Part shown: positions 52,619 to 64,000 of the stretch, piece after piece
How positions within the stretch are numbered: the stretch's first letter is position 1
Layout of the letters: each line of letters opens with the position of its first letter
NCBI GenBank assembly: GCA_973895155.1
Contig: OZ316894.1
Span: forward strand, 15,864,699-15,928,698
Length of the DNA stretch: 64,000 nucleotides
Source: Marsupella aquatica
Taxonomy: Eukaryota > Plantae > Marchantiophyta
Direction of reading: 5' to 3'
Notes under the pieces: model-generated
Databases searched by the model: none
What the model was told of the DNA's origin: nothing
Seen by the model: only the letters and a program-made list of their open reading frames with translations
Program-made: the position numbers and the translations under genes

Positions 52619-55600
52619 ATGGAACAGAGTGACACAGAGATGTGTGAGTATGAAAGGAAAACTATGGAACAACGAGCATACGTGAAAGCCAAAATCGCAG
52701 AACTGGATCTGGAAAAGGATGTGGCTGAATTGTAAGGGAACGATTCTCAACTACACCCCTCCTCTGAGTTTGTGTGACATGAATAGTTCAATGTGGCACT
52801 GAAATTGTGACTGTATTCTCATATTGGAATGTCGCAGAGCCACAGCATTTTCAAAGAAACAAAAGGAGTACGCAAGAAGGGTGACCAGCACTATCTCTGG
52901 GCCTGTGCGTCAGAGTGACAGGTTGAGCAAGAAGGTCGTACCTACAATGGCAGAATGTGGAGATGACATTGATGCTGCACAGGTGGGTGCAGACACTAGA
53001 CAAGAAGATGCAGATGATGAGTATTTTCCAGAGGAAATGGATGAGGATGGGGGTTATGAAGATGAATACATTGCAGAGCAGCCCCAAAAGAAACATGTAA
53101 GTAGTTTTCCCAACAAGGTTTTGAGTTAAAAACTCTTGTTTAGAGGTTTCATATGTTCAGTACTACACATATGTACCTTGCTTAGTTCCTGACATTGTAG
53201 TTGGTGATGTGATGCAGCGTCCTGCCAGTTCTGTTTTGCCTTCGAAGCCTGTGCATGCACCATACCAGCAGGGGGGCTGACCTCTGATCAAGGTTGGCAA
53301 GGTGGTAGTAGTGGTAGATCCCAGGCTGGTGCCCAATACTATGGCAGGGGGCAAGCTCTAGGTTATGCCCGTGGTAGAGGCAGAGCAGGTCCAAACCCAC
53401 AATCTCGTGGGTATGGACGTCCACCTCAACCATGGGGATGTGAGTATATATCTATATGCCAGTTCTTTGTGAAGGCATGGCACTCCTGAATTTCAGACTG
53501 CATATCAATTTTTGACATTGTTTGGGATGTATTGGATTCAGACAACATGAAATTCTGTCCACCTGCCATTGCATGCAGATTCTGCCCAACCTGATTGGGC
53601 AAATGCTAGTAATGATCAGTTCCAATGTCCACAAGGACAGACATGGGTTGAACCAGGTTGGGAGGATGGTGGTGGGTCGTGGAATGAACAAGGTTGGGAA
53701 GGTGGTGAAGGTAATTGGCAGGGATATCAAAATTCAGTACCTACAAACGCTGGAAGAGGAGCAGGTAATGTCTGATCTTGTCAGCAATGGAAGAACTCAT
53801 TATATGTGGAGTCCATTCACGTGGGGGGGACTCTGCACATGTATAATGATAGAAAATGTATGTGTGCAGGTTGGACAGTCGAACCATCGACTCAAGTATT
53901 CACAATGCCCCTATGCAGATGCAGCACGGAAGGGGGATAGGTATGTCGGTGAATGTTCAGTTGTTTTCCTACAGTTTGTACTTAGTTTTCAGTACATATG
54001 TTTGCACACACATACCTAGAAAGTGACATCATCCGGCCCCTGTACTAGGCTGGACAGGTGGTCCAGGGTCGCAACAATTTCAGAGTGCAGTCCCTGCACA
54101 GGCATCTACAGGCAGAGCTACAGGTATGTATGTTTGAAGAATTTTTCTTGAAGTGAAGCATTGAATGTTGCCGTCATCCATTCTTCTATATGTAGTTCTC
54201 AAGCATGAATGGCATTGTATTTTCCCAGGTGGCTTCAGAACCCCAGGTAGGGTGAATGAAGGGGTGGCCAATACAACGCCCAGTACTACCGAGAGCAGTG
54301 CACGAGGGGAGGTGACAAAGAAAGGGAACGTAAAGTTGAATGAGAGACAATGGGTGGATGCTGAGTGTCCTCGCAAGAACCGATAGCATGCTGATTTGAA
54401 AGCTGAAGTATTGCGTTGGTTAGATGTGAGTGTTATTAATTTTAAAAAACAGCATCCAAAAGATTGGAAGACTGTATGTGAAAATATTGCTGCCAAATGG
54501 AATTATGTGGGTAGTGATGATGGCGTGGACATAGGTTGCCTAGAGAGTACAGCAGGTAAAATTATCAAGCAAGAGAGGTGGAGAATGCATAAGGCTTGGA
54601 AGGAAGGTGGGGAGAAGCCAGATATGCCTCCACCAGCCAGTTGTGATGATAAAGTGTGGGCAAGGTTAGTAGCTTATTTTGTAACAGATGCTTCAAAAAA
54701 GAAGAGTTCACAGATGACCGAGGCCAGGTTGAGTGTTCAGAACCCTAATCTGACAGGAAGGACCGGCACTGCACCGACAGCTAAACGTTTGGTAAGAATG
54801 AATGGCCTAGCTATGTAATTTATGCTACACTATGTACTATTTTTTAGTGTAAACCCATACATGTAAACTTTGTTTTTTAGTGTACGTTCCCTGAATATTG
54901 ATCGATAACTTGTGTTTGCCATGCATGTGCAGAAAGCCCAATTGGGGCAAAGCCCTTCAAAAGAAGAGTTGAGGGCTGAAATTGTGAACACCCGGGCTCA
55001 AGAGGGTGCATCTGAATCCTCCAAGCATGTAAGTTATATGAGTTCTGATTGGTAATTGAATGACCTGCGTTGAATTTCAGGTGTACACTGTATATAACAT
55101 TGATTGTGCATATATTGCCCAACATTTCATATGGAGTGATTGAACCTATACCCCTGTGTCATGTAGGGAGGTGGATCTTCACTTACAGAGATAAGTGGTC
55201 GTTTGAAGGCTGTCGAAACATGTCTTCCAGAGATCAATGAACGTTTGAATTCATTGACTGACTTGTTCCATGTGAACTTCAAGACATTAATGGAAGCTGT
55301 TGTGTCGGTGAGAGATAAAATTGATTCCAATTCTACAGGAGTTCCACCATCACCACTTGAGGTGGCAAAGTCGATGCACTCTTCTGGCATGCCAACGACA
55401 TGTAGGCTTGAAGGTAAGGCCTTTACAATTGTGTGGGATATGATTATTAAATGTATAGTTTGAATTGACATTGTTTGTTGAATGTGTTATTTTCAGTAAC
55501 ATATATTGTGGTTGTTGTGTCCATAGAGAATAAGACAGGTGCTACAGAGAAGAAGTATGAGAACCTGGCAAATACTCGCTGTAATTTAGAGGCAACAAAG

Positions 55601-56323
55601 TTGCAGTCTGTACAAGCAACTTGTTTGACAGAGGGCAGTCAACCATGTTTGGATGAGGATGACATTGGCAAGGGAGTGGATGATATCAATGTTGGGGCAA
55701 ATGAGGATATCAGCAAGCATGACAATGATACCATTGAGCCAGATTCATGCTATGTAGATCTTGACTCCATTGCAGAGATAAATGATTTGCAGAATGTATC
55801 ATTCTCAATGACAGGTGTGCCTCTTGTTGAGATAAATCCAACCAAAGAGTTAGTTGGTATGACACTCCCAGGTGATGAACCTGCTACTGTGACAGTCCTA
55901 ACAAAGGAACCTACTGAGCCTAGCTTCACTACTGTGAAGAGAGGAAGCATGCGCACACGAAACAAGTCTGCTGGTGGGAGCAGAGCCACGTCAAAGGTTT
56001 CATACAAACCTCCAAGAACAGTGCTGGCAGAAAGATCTAAGGTGGAAGTGGGGAAAGCACCTAATGCCGAGGGACAAAGTGGCTTGTTAGCTGTTGATGA
56101 GAGTGGAACACGAGTAGGATTTGCCAGAGTGCAGGTTGGTTCCACAACGTTCCATGGCAAGAGGATTCCCCCAGGTTATTCAGTAGTGTTAGTCACATTA
56201 CTAGTGAAACCTAAAGCTGTCCTTCCCATTCCAAACACAAATGATGATCCTCCTCAAAAGACACTTGGAGATGCTGCAGGTTCTTTGGTATTATGGCCAA
56301 GCAAGTTCATAGAGGATCCATAA
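52619..56323 (+). pseudogene. CACTA TnpA-like multi-exon ORF2
   Basis: Ptta/En/Spm-like segment (PPASCDDKVWARLVAYFVT...KKKSSQMTEAR....NLTGRTG, 54396-54791) and a C-terminal FHGKRIPPGYSVVLV...LPIP.....TLGDA.GSLVLWP typical of EnSpm ORF2. There is an in-frame TAG at 54386. Confidence 0.75.
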
Positions 56324-56824
56324 CAATGTCATGCCATTATTTGTTTGTAGTGTGAGTCATGTTATGTAGATTTTAGATGTCAAGAAGCAGTACAAGAATC
56401 ATGTCCTCTTGGAGATTCATAGTATCATGCATGTGCTTTCAGTTATCTCATCCTACAGTCATCAATTATGAGTTCCTGTTTTGTCTAAATTACATTGATC
56501 ACATTGTAAACTATTCCATTGGAATTCAAATGATCTTCATTTTTTAGCAAGATTGTGATTGTGTTTAATTCTTATGAATGTTTTATGTAGGATCTGCTTA
56601 TATGATGCTTTGTTTCATGTGGATGTCATTCATGCTATGTTCATTTCTTGTATTCAATGTGTTATATTTCTAAAGTTAGAACATCAGGTTTCTATGTATT
56701 GTAATGTCGAGTGCTCTCTCTCCTTATGAACTGTCCCTCTGTGTTCATTAGTCATGGTTATAACTTGCATGTGAACCTTATTAGTTATAAACATGAGTAT
56801 ATAGAGTCCCAAATGGTTCTGTTG

Positions 56825-57150
56825 TGTGACGCGGGCTAGGGTCTCCATTGGTCTCTCCTGTGACACTAAATAGTCACACGCTAGTCGTTGTTGAATGCGG
56901 GTAAGTCATGTATGTGACTTACGATGTGACTCGCTGAAGTCATATTGCAGTCACGTCGAAACAAGGCTAGACTCCACAATAAAGTCACAGATCAGTCACA
57001 AATGGGTATCAAGCAAGTTGCAAAGCCCAGTATCAATAGTGACTTCCATTTTTTGGTCTCAACTTTTGTAACTCCAAGGGTCACAGCGTGGGTCAAGTCA
57101 CATTGAGTCACAATGAAGTCACATGAGCCAAAATGAGTCATATATTGCGG
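56825..57150. repeat. CACTA-type subterminal repeat field (GTCAC/GTGAC motif)
   Basis: More than 12 GTCAC/GTGAC/GTCAT motifs in both orientations, downstream of the TnpA-like gene. No TIR follows. Confidence 0.65.
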
Positions 57151-57175
57151 TCTCAGTTCACCTCGGATTCTTCTA

Positions 57176-59392
57176 GTGAAGGCAGGGCTGAGTGTGGAGG
57201 ACGCAGAGAGAGTAGTCCCACTCCTCCAAACGCTGATTGATGCCTCTCGGCGTGAGGCAGAGAAGACAGCTGCTGCAAGCATTGCAAGTGAGAAGGAGGC
57301 AAAGAAGAGGAAGAAAGAGGCAAAGAGAGGCAAGGGGGATGCAGAGGAGACACTGTCTCCAAGAAAACGAGAGAAAAAACTTTGAAAAGAAGCTAGGGCA
57401 ATTGAGAAGGTGCGATTGGAGGAGCAGAGGCAAAAGGAGGCAGAGAGAGCTCTCAGGCCTGAGCTAGCTCTCAATTCGGGTGGTGATCCATTGCCTAAGA
57501 GCTACCATCTATTCCGAAGCCAATTCAAGCAGGTGCTGAGGGCCAATTTGGGGCCATTGGATTACTGGGGCAAGAAGGAGGAAGAGAGATTGAGAATCAG
57601 AGAGCAGGTGAAGGAACGGTTCAGGAACGGGGCCTACATTGATGACAGGTTCCTAAACAAATGAATTTCAGCATCACTCTCAGACATGCGCAATCATCAG
57701 CGAGAGAAATTCAGAAAGTACCTTGGAGATATGGCAGTGGATGCAGAGGTGATCAGGGAGGAGGGTTGTCCAGACGATGTTTCCCCGGATGAGTGGGCGG
57801 CTTGGCTTGAGGAGGAACTCTCAGTCCGTGCCTGGCTGAAAAGAAGACATTGGGACAACGAAATTAGGCTGGCAGAGGAGAAGCGAAAGGCTGGGGAGAA
57901 TGTTGATATCCTCCCCCTTCAACAGAACCTGCAACAATGGGCAGCTCAGGCAGCAAGACTCCCCAAACCACCAAGGCACATCATAGCAACATTGGAGAGA
58001 GTGCAGGGGAGGCCAACCATCACTCACCGGATGGGGCAAGGCGGCTCCAATTGATTGAAGGCTGAGTTTGTAAGTGCCCTCCCTCTCCTCCCCACCTCGA
58101 CTCCCTGATCACCTGACTCCTCGCATGAAGAATGAGTTGTTTGTGCCTTATGTCTTTTGTTTAAACCCTTTGCAAAACTCATTTTTGCTCTCGGGCCTGT
58201 TCTTTCCGATACTCATCCGATAGGTTTTGCATCGGAAGCAGCATCGGACACCGTGTCATGCCATTTTTCTTGTTACGCATCCGATAGACGTCCAATGCAG
58301 GCTGTATCGGACTTTGCATCGGACCCCTCGGCAAAACATTTAAATTTTTGAATGAATGTACTTAACGTTAATTTTTTACTAGGGTAGAGTATAAGTTAGG
58401 GTGAACTATGGTTTAAGGTTACATTAGGGCTATGTAGGGTGGCTTGGTTTAGGGTAGGGCACGCTAATACTAGATTTGATATTAACCTGGCCTCTATGGT
58501 TTGGATCTTTAAATTTCAGGAGCGGGAGTATGGTCGCCCTATTGCGCCATTGGAGAGGAATTTGGCAAAGACGGATGGACCCCGTGCTCTAAAGCGCCAC
58601 CTTGAGGATGAGTTGGGAGAGGTAAGTGTTCACCCTAGGGTGATATAATGTTTAAGGTTGTCATGAATTTGTTAGAGTTATGGTCGGGACCATTCATTCT
58701 AACTGCAATTAAACCCTATTGCGCAGGATGAGGAGGGGTCTGGGTTGGAGGAGTTGGACTCAGATTCTGAGCAGGATGCTGAGGCAGGGTTGGGGAGGGT
58801 GCTCACAGTCACCCCTACTCCTCAGGTCCGAGGTGTCGTTGCCCCATCAGCAGGGAGGGGTGGGTCACATGCTGCTGATGGTGTGGGCTCCCATCGCTCT
58901 GGAGCATCACGGGGTGCGGGGCCCAGGCACTCAGGGGGTAGTAGAGGTGATGGCATGGGACGAGGCGACCGCGTAGGAGTATCTGGTGCAGGTGGCCCTT
59001 CCCGACGAGGTAGTGGCGACGTGCCGGATGGTGGATCTAGAGGGCGCGCACCATCTCGTGAGTCTGGTGGGAGTACAGCACGACATGGGCCACCCACAGG
59101 ATCTGTCGGCGCACCATCCCATCACTCTAGCAGGTCTGCGGGAGGAGCTGAGGCGTCCTTTCACTCTGCCGTGTCAGGGGTTGGTGGGACATCTACCTTG
59201 CCTGACCACCCTAGCGGTGCATCTAGTGGGTCAGGGTCTAGGCCTGCATCAGGCCAACCCATGCCATCTGGTGAGCAGGTGGCTGCCACGGTCGTGGGCA
59301 GCCAGAGGGAGGAGGGCTCTCATGATGCTAGACCTGTACCCACCCTTCGTTCTTGCCCAAAGAAGAAGAAGGGACGCAACACACCTTTTTAG
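57176..59392 (+). pseudogene. Second, GC-rich CACTA ORF2/TnpA-like gene fragment from a different family
   Basis: One frame with TGA stops at 57385, 57664 and 58054: FKQVLRANLG...CPDDVSPDEWAAWLEE...THRMGQGG. It is followed by spliced exons (~58520-58621 and ~58727-59392) ending in a Gly/Ser-rich tail. Confidence 0.6.
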
Positions 59393-59729
59393 AGGTTAGT
59401 TGCATTTAGGTGGCCGGGTATCTAGTGCTAGACAGCTTTGATTAAAAGCTCACTAGGAGGTACCTTGTATATAGCTCAGTGTAGTCTCTAGTCAAAGCTC
59501 TCTTTACATCTTCTATCGTGCCATCACGACCAGGATGGGTCTACCCAGTAGGCCTAATCCATTTTGTACATATTGGGGTGATCCCCTTTTTGAATATGAT
59601 ATTTTGACCTCGTGTTTATAGCATTATCTTTGGTTCCTAATTGGTGTATGTCACCTTCAACCCTAAACCAATACCCAAACCCCCAAAAAACCACCCATGA
59701 AACCCTGTATTCCACCCCCAGAACATTTG

Positions 59730-60242
59730 ATAATCCGTTGCAAGTCCGTTACCATCCGTATCGGTAATATAGCAGTGTCCGATGCTGCTGCCTTCGAACT
59801 TTCCCATCCCCAACGCATCGGACCCCTCCTTCAAGGTTCCCATCTTAAATATATCGGATAGTCCGATACAAAAACTAACGCACTTTCCGTTATTATAAAT
59901 AACGCAATGTCCGATACAAATTACTTCGCAAATTGCCATATCAAATATATCGGACATCCCGATTTAAATAGTATCGGACATAGGAAATCGTCGTGTGCCG
60001 TCGCGTGTTAGTTATCCGATTCATTTTACATCGGACATAAAATATCCGTAACACGTTACAACGGAACGTCCGTTATCCAAAATATCGGAAAGTCCGATGG
60101 AAGTCCGATGGTCGATATGCGATGGTTTACGCATCGCAAAGTGCGTTGGGAATTGCATCGGATGATAGAAATTTTTGCATCAATTTTCCTGAAGGGATCC
60201 GATGTAAATCCTATCGAATAAAGGCCCGAAAATGTACTAGTG
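59730..60242 (+). mobile_element. Right terminus of a CACTA element: TCCGAT/ATCGGA subterminal repeats and TIR
   Basis: About 20 TCCGAT/ATCGGA-like motifs ending in AAAATGTACTAGTG (reverse complement CACTAGTACATTTT) at 60242. The same motif forms a cluster at 58200-58325. Confidence 0.85.
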
Positions 60243-61352
60243 CTTGTCATTTATCATTTATGTTTTTGCATGTATAGAGAACATCCCTTTTATTTTGACA
60301 CTACATTCTGGCCATTTTATGGACCCCATCACTGAACTGATCGAACTAAAGTTCGGCCAATGAGTCAAAGAGTCTCTTTAAGTTATAAAAAAGTGGGGAA
60401 GAGGAGCTTCTTTGTCCTCCTACAAGTTGGGCGACGGTGGAGATTTGAGGAGAAGTGTGGGCGGTATAACTTGACTGGCAGTGGCCTTGGTATGCAAACA
60501 AAAGGATTGATAAGTAAGCAAAAAGTTGGAGCAAGTGAATAAAAGAAAAACCTGTGGTAGTGAGAGTGCAGTGGAGCCGGTAGGAAGACAGCACAATGGG
60601 CATCACAGCAATAATTTGGAGGGCAAATAGCAGAGGGCAAATAAACACACAGCACAAAGGGCATCATAGTAATTCTCTGGAAACCATTAGCAAAGGGTAA
60701 ATATACAAACCAAGCAGTGGCATTTTGGAGTTTCTCTGGTATAAATTTCCGCTCCAATAAAAATCTTCTTGTCACTTCGTTTAAGCATTCCGACTTTCAA
60801 TAATAATCTCAATAATGCGTAGATTTGACTTAACAGTAATGTAAGGTATAAGATACACTCAATCAAATTTTAATGTTTTCTTCCGGCAAATGGGAAATCA
60901 ATTTTAACATCTCATTAGTTTGCGTTTGAGCCCGTGACATCATTATTTGCACTCGCAAGAATACCATCATGAAACATTCTAATCCAAAATATAGTGGCAG
61001 AAGTTCACTTTCGATGCCATTTCTCTTTCTGTATGTATTTTCAATCAATTTATATTGTACACCTTGAAGCAATCTTCATATGATGGATGGACGACATCAT
61101 CAATCGAATTACTTTTACAATTTGTTCTTTGTACTGGTCTAGAATCCCTGTACAAGACATCGATGGGGACTCCCAAGTAAACCTTCTGACACCCTTCAGC
61201 TTTAGTAAGGTCTTGAAGTGATTTTGTTTTCAATAACACAACTCAGAAATAGGGGATCGAGCAAAGTCTCTTGGAGAGGCAATGTGATATATTTAGCCGC
61301 ACAACGCTCGGTTGCTGAAGGAAATCCTGCTCTGGGCCTTCCTGGAATCAAC

Positions 61353-64000
61353 CTAGTAAGCCAACGCAGTGAATAGTGCTACTCCACGATTGATCCACCA
61401 TGCCTGGACTTGGTCAGTCTTCACCTCCATGTACATTACAAAGTTGGTAGAATGTCCAGTTGTTGACAGTGTTCCTGCACCAGACGTAAAGCACTCTCTA
61501 AGAGGCTTTCCCTTTTGATTGCTAGACCAAGTTTGGCTTGACTTAGGAGAATATGCAAGTGCTTCTACCCATGACCCGAAAGAAACGTCTTTCTTCTATT
61601 CAAAAGGTCCTGACAGGTCATTGGACACAATGTTCTAACAAAAAGGCTATTAATCCAAAAAATGCTACAAGTCTAATAATAACTTTCCTGAGAAAATGTA
61701 CAGGCATTTCTGGTACCTGCTCGGAGAAGCGTTTTGTAAACTGGACACATGTAAATCCCAGTAGGTGGAGGCTCCCTATGTTGCATAGGTTTCAACCACA
61801 TGATAGGGCACTCTGTGAACAATTCCTTTGGCCTCGATTCTGTCAATTGGTGTTTTTGGAAGTCCCAACGAGCTCCTTCAAAATACAAGCCTCTGATATA
61901 GCATCCATCTTGAGGCGGTGCTGTCAGGGTTTTCTCTGTCTGGTCATCCATGGCCTGGAACTCAAAGGTCACCGTGTCAATAGGCATTTGATGCTTCCTG
62001 GCAAAATTTTGAAGGGTACCGGTGAGAAAAGCCTGCAACCAAACCAGATCCCACATTGGTCATTTGTTCTCAAAACTCTCGACAAGATCAGGCCATGCAA
62101 AATTTCCACGAACTTGCAGTGTTCTGTTTAGGTGCTCAAGAATAAAGTTGTTTCTAATATAATTATACATGATCATTTCTGCTGAAATTGACGTTTTGCT
62201 TGCCAATCGCCTTTAAATGACATCAGACACTTTAGAATATGTACAGCATGTGGTTAGTTATATGATCACAGATAGACAAGAACTTCGACGTTCATAAAGA
62301 GACCTCCAAGTCTCAAATGCGCCTATTTGGACTTGAAGCTTGATTCACTCTCCGATTTCAGAAAATTCCATATTATCAAGCCCAACGATGAATATTGCGT
62401 CCCCACACTGAATTTGGTACGAGGCTCATCAATGCAATTCTGCAAAACTGCATGAAATGGACGGAGTAGACAAGCGACTACTACTGTAGTTCATACGTCA
62501 TTTCATACCTGAGGAAAGAAGAACCCAGAAATCCAGAATACAGCCGGTGCTCCACCCCCAATCCAGCCAGAAATAAAGCTACACCTCTCCATGAGATCGT
62601 CCATCCAAAGAGCTAGAGGCTTTAGAGATGGATACGCCTTACTTGCCCACATGTCTGGTATCTGCACATAAATAACAAACACCTTATAGATGTTCGCCAT
62701 TCGTGTAGGGGCTCCTTGGGGATCTTCCATTGTTTATGGCGCAGCTTCATACAAGAAAGAGCTTTACGCTAAACTCAGACAGAAATTTCATATACTGAGC
62801 AGCAATATCACAATCTCATGGCAATGGTCTTGGCGAGTTCTTTGTGTCTCTATCAACGTCTCATGGGCGGTTGCGACGGTCTCTAGGTCTTTCTGCTACC
62901 ACTCTTTCAATCTGATGTGCAAGTTTCGGTGCATATTAAACATGCAAAAAATGTGGAAGACAACAATTGGACAGTGTATGTGCCTTACCAGGTTGAGAAA
63001 AATGCTGTTGCAAAGCATCTCAAGGTCAGGAGACATAACAACCAGTCCCTTAAGTGCTTTGAGGGCATCTTGCATCGATTGCCTCATAACGGCCAAAAGC
63101 CCATTGTATCGTATGCACTCCTGAGTCAAAACAGTATTCATACTCTCATTGTACATAGTTGGGTAGCCTTGAAGAATCAATTCCAGGTCATAGAGAGGTG
63201 GGCACTGTGACAGCATTTCTCTGCATCTCTGTTCTATGACTTCCTCCCGTGACAATCCAGCACCTGCAGCTCGTTCTCTTGGCTGAAGAGCTAAAACAGT
63301 GGCATAAAGGTCATTTGACTCGTTCTGATCACAAGTAATGTCTGCGTTCTCGTGAAGGCCAAAGATCTCCGGCTTTGGTGCAAGCGGGATCTCTCTACAG
63401 AAGCTCAGGAAGGCATTAACATTTGCAGCGTCTGGCAGATGGAAGATACCAGATTCGCTGAAGGAATATTTCTTCTGAGTACAAACCTGATGAAATTCCA
63501 AAACAGTGCACACGTCAGAGTACATTATCATGGAGTTGTACAGGAAGGGGTCTAAGTTCTCGAGCTTTTGCACCGACACTGGAGAACTGGGGAAGCAGCA
63601 TGATTGAAGAAAAACAACTATTTCGTGCACGCAAGCAGTCATTTGCTATGTTCACATGGAGTTACCGCTCAAGGGACCTACCATCAGCTATTTGCTCGAT
63701 TGTGATTCTTGTGTGACAGATGGCAAACTAGAGCCAAACGTTACATCAAGACCACTACAACCAAGGCAGATACTGTCGCCGAGGGGGCTCAATGGACTTA
63801 CTGCTACTTATCCGTTACAGCTTTTCAATGACAGACCCCATACACTGCCTGATATCAAACTGAGCAAGAAAGCAACTTGAGGAATAGACAAGAACTAAAA
63901 GCAAAGGTTCACATATTTATATTGAGACCTCAGGTCGAATAAACGTGTGCAGAAGGGTGTTGATCAGTCTTCTGTCCTTGTCATCTGTCACTCGCCCTCC
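61353..64000 (-). CDS. Axonemal dynein heavy chain, C-terminal exons (probably single-headed inner-arm class); the gene extends beyond the right edge
   Basis: Exons 63929-64000, 62989-63486, 62509-62661, 61717-62032 and 61353-61474: GGRVTDDKDRRL, PEIFGLHENADI, YNESMNTVLTQECIRYN, KGLVVMS, WASKAYPSLKPL, FWISGFFFPQAFLTG.LQNFARK, GLYFEGARWD, CPVYKT..RAGTLSTTGHSTNFV..WINRGVAL. Confidence 0.96.

Overview
Eukaryotic, intron-rich land-plant DNA. An axonemal dynein heavy chain and a Slo/BK-type K+ channel point to a seed-free plant with flagellated sperm; a bryophyte, perhaps a liverwort, is my inference. Host genes: the first coding exon of a DUF3537-type membrane protein (-), a COR413 pseudogene (+), a small coiled-coil gene of unknown function (+), the splicing factor CCDC130/YJU2B (+), a complete 16-exon Slo/BK channel of about 1327 aa (-), and the 3' end of an axonemal dynein heavy chain (-). 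Smaller mobile elements are pogo-like elements/MITEs and a solo LTR. Between the channel and the dynein is an ~18 kb DNA-transposon block (~42.0-60.2 kb). Its right part is made of CACTA/EnSpm pieces. Its left part is the most interesting feature: a Mutator-like transposase (GCM-like Zn domain, DDE, SWIM) transcribed divergently from a spliced gene that fuses a ParB/Srx-like N-terminal domain to a beta-class N4/N6 DNA amino-methyltransferase-like domain. About 12-13 copies of a 15-bp palindrome (TAGCGCC-N-GGCGCTA) occur in every intron of both genes and in their flanking non-coding DNA. This copy is decayed (TGA stops, a frameshift) and cut off on the right by a CACTA fragment. All calls come from manual translation and motif recognition; no database searches were run.
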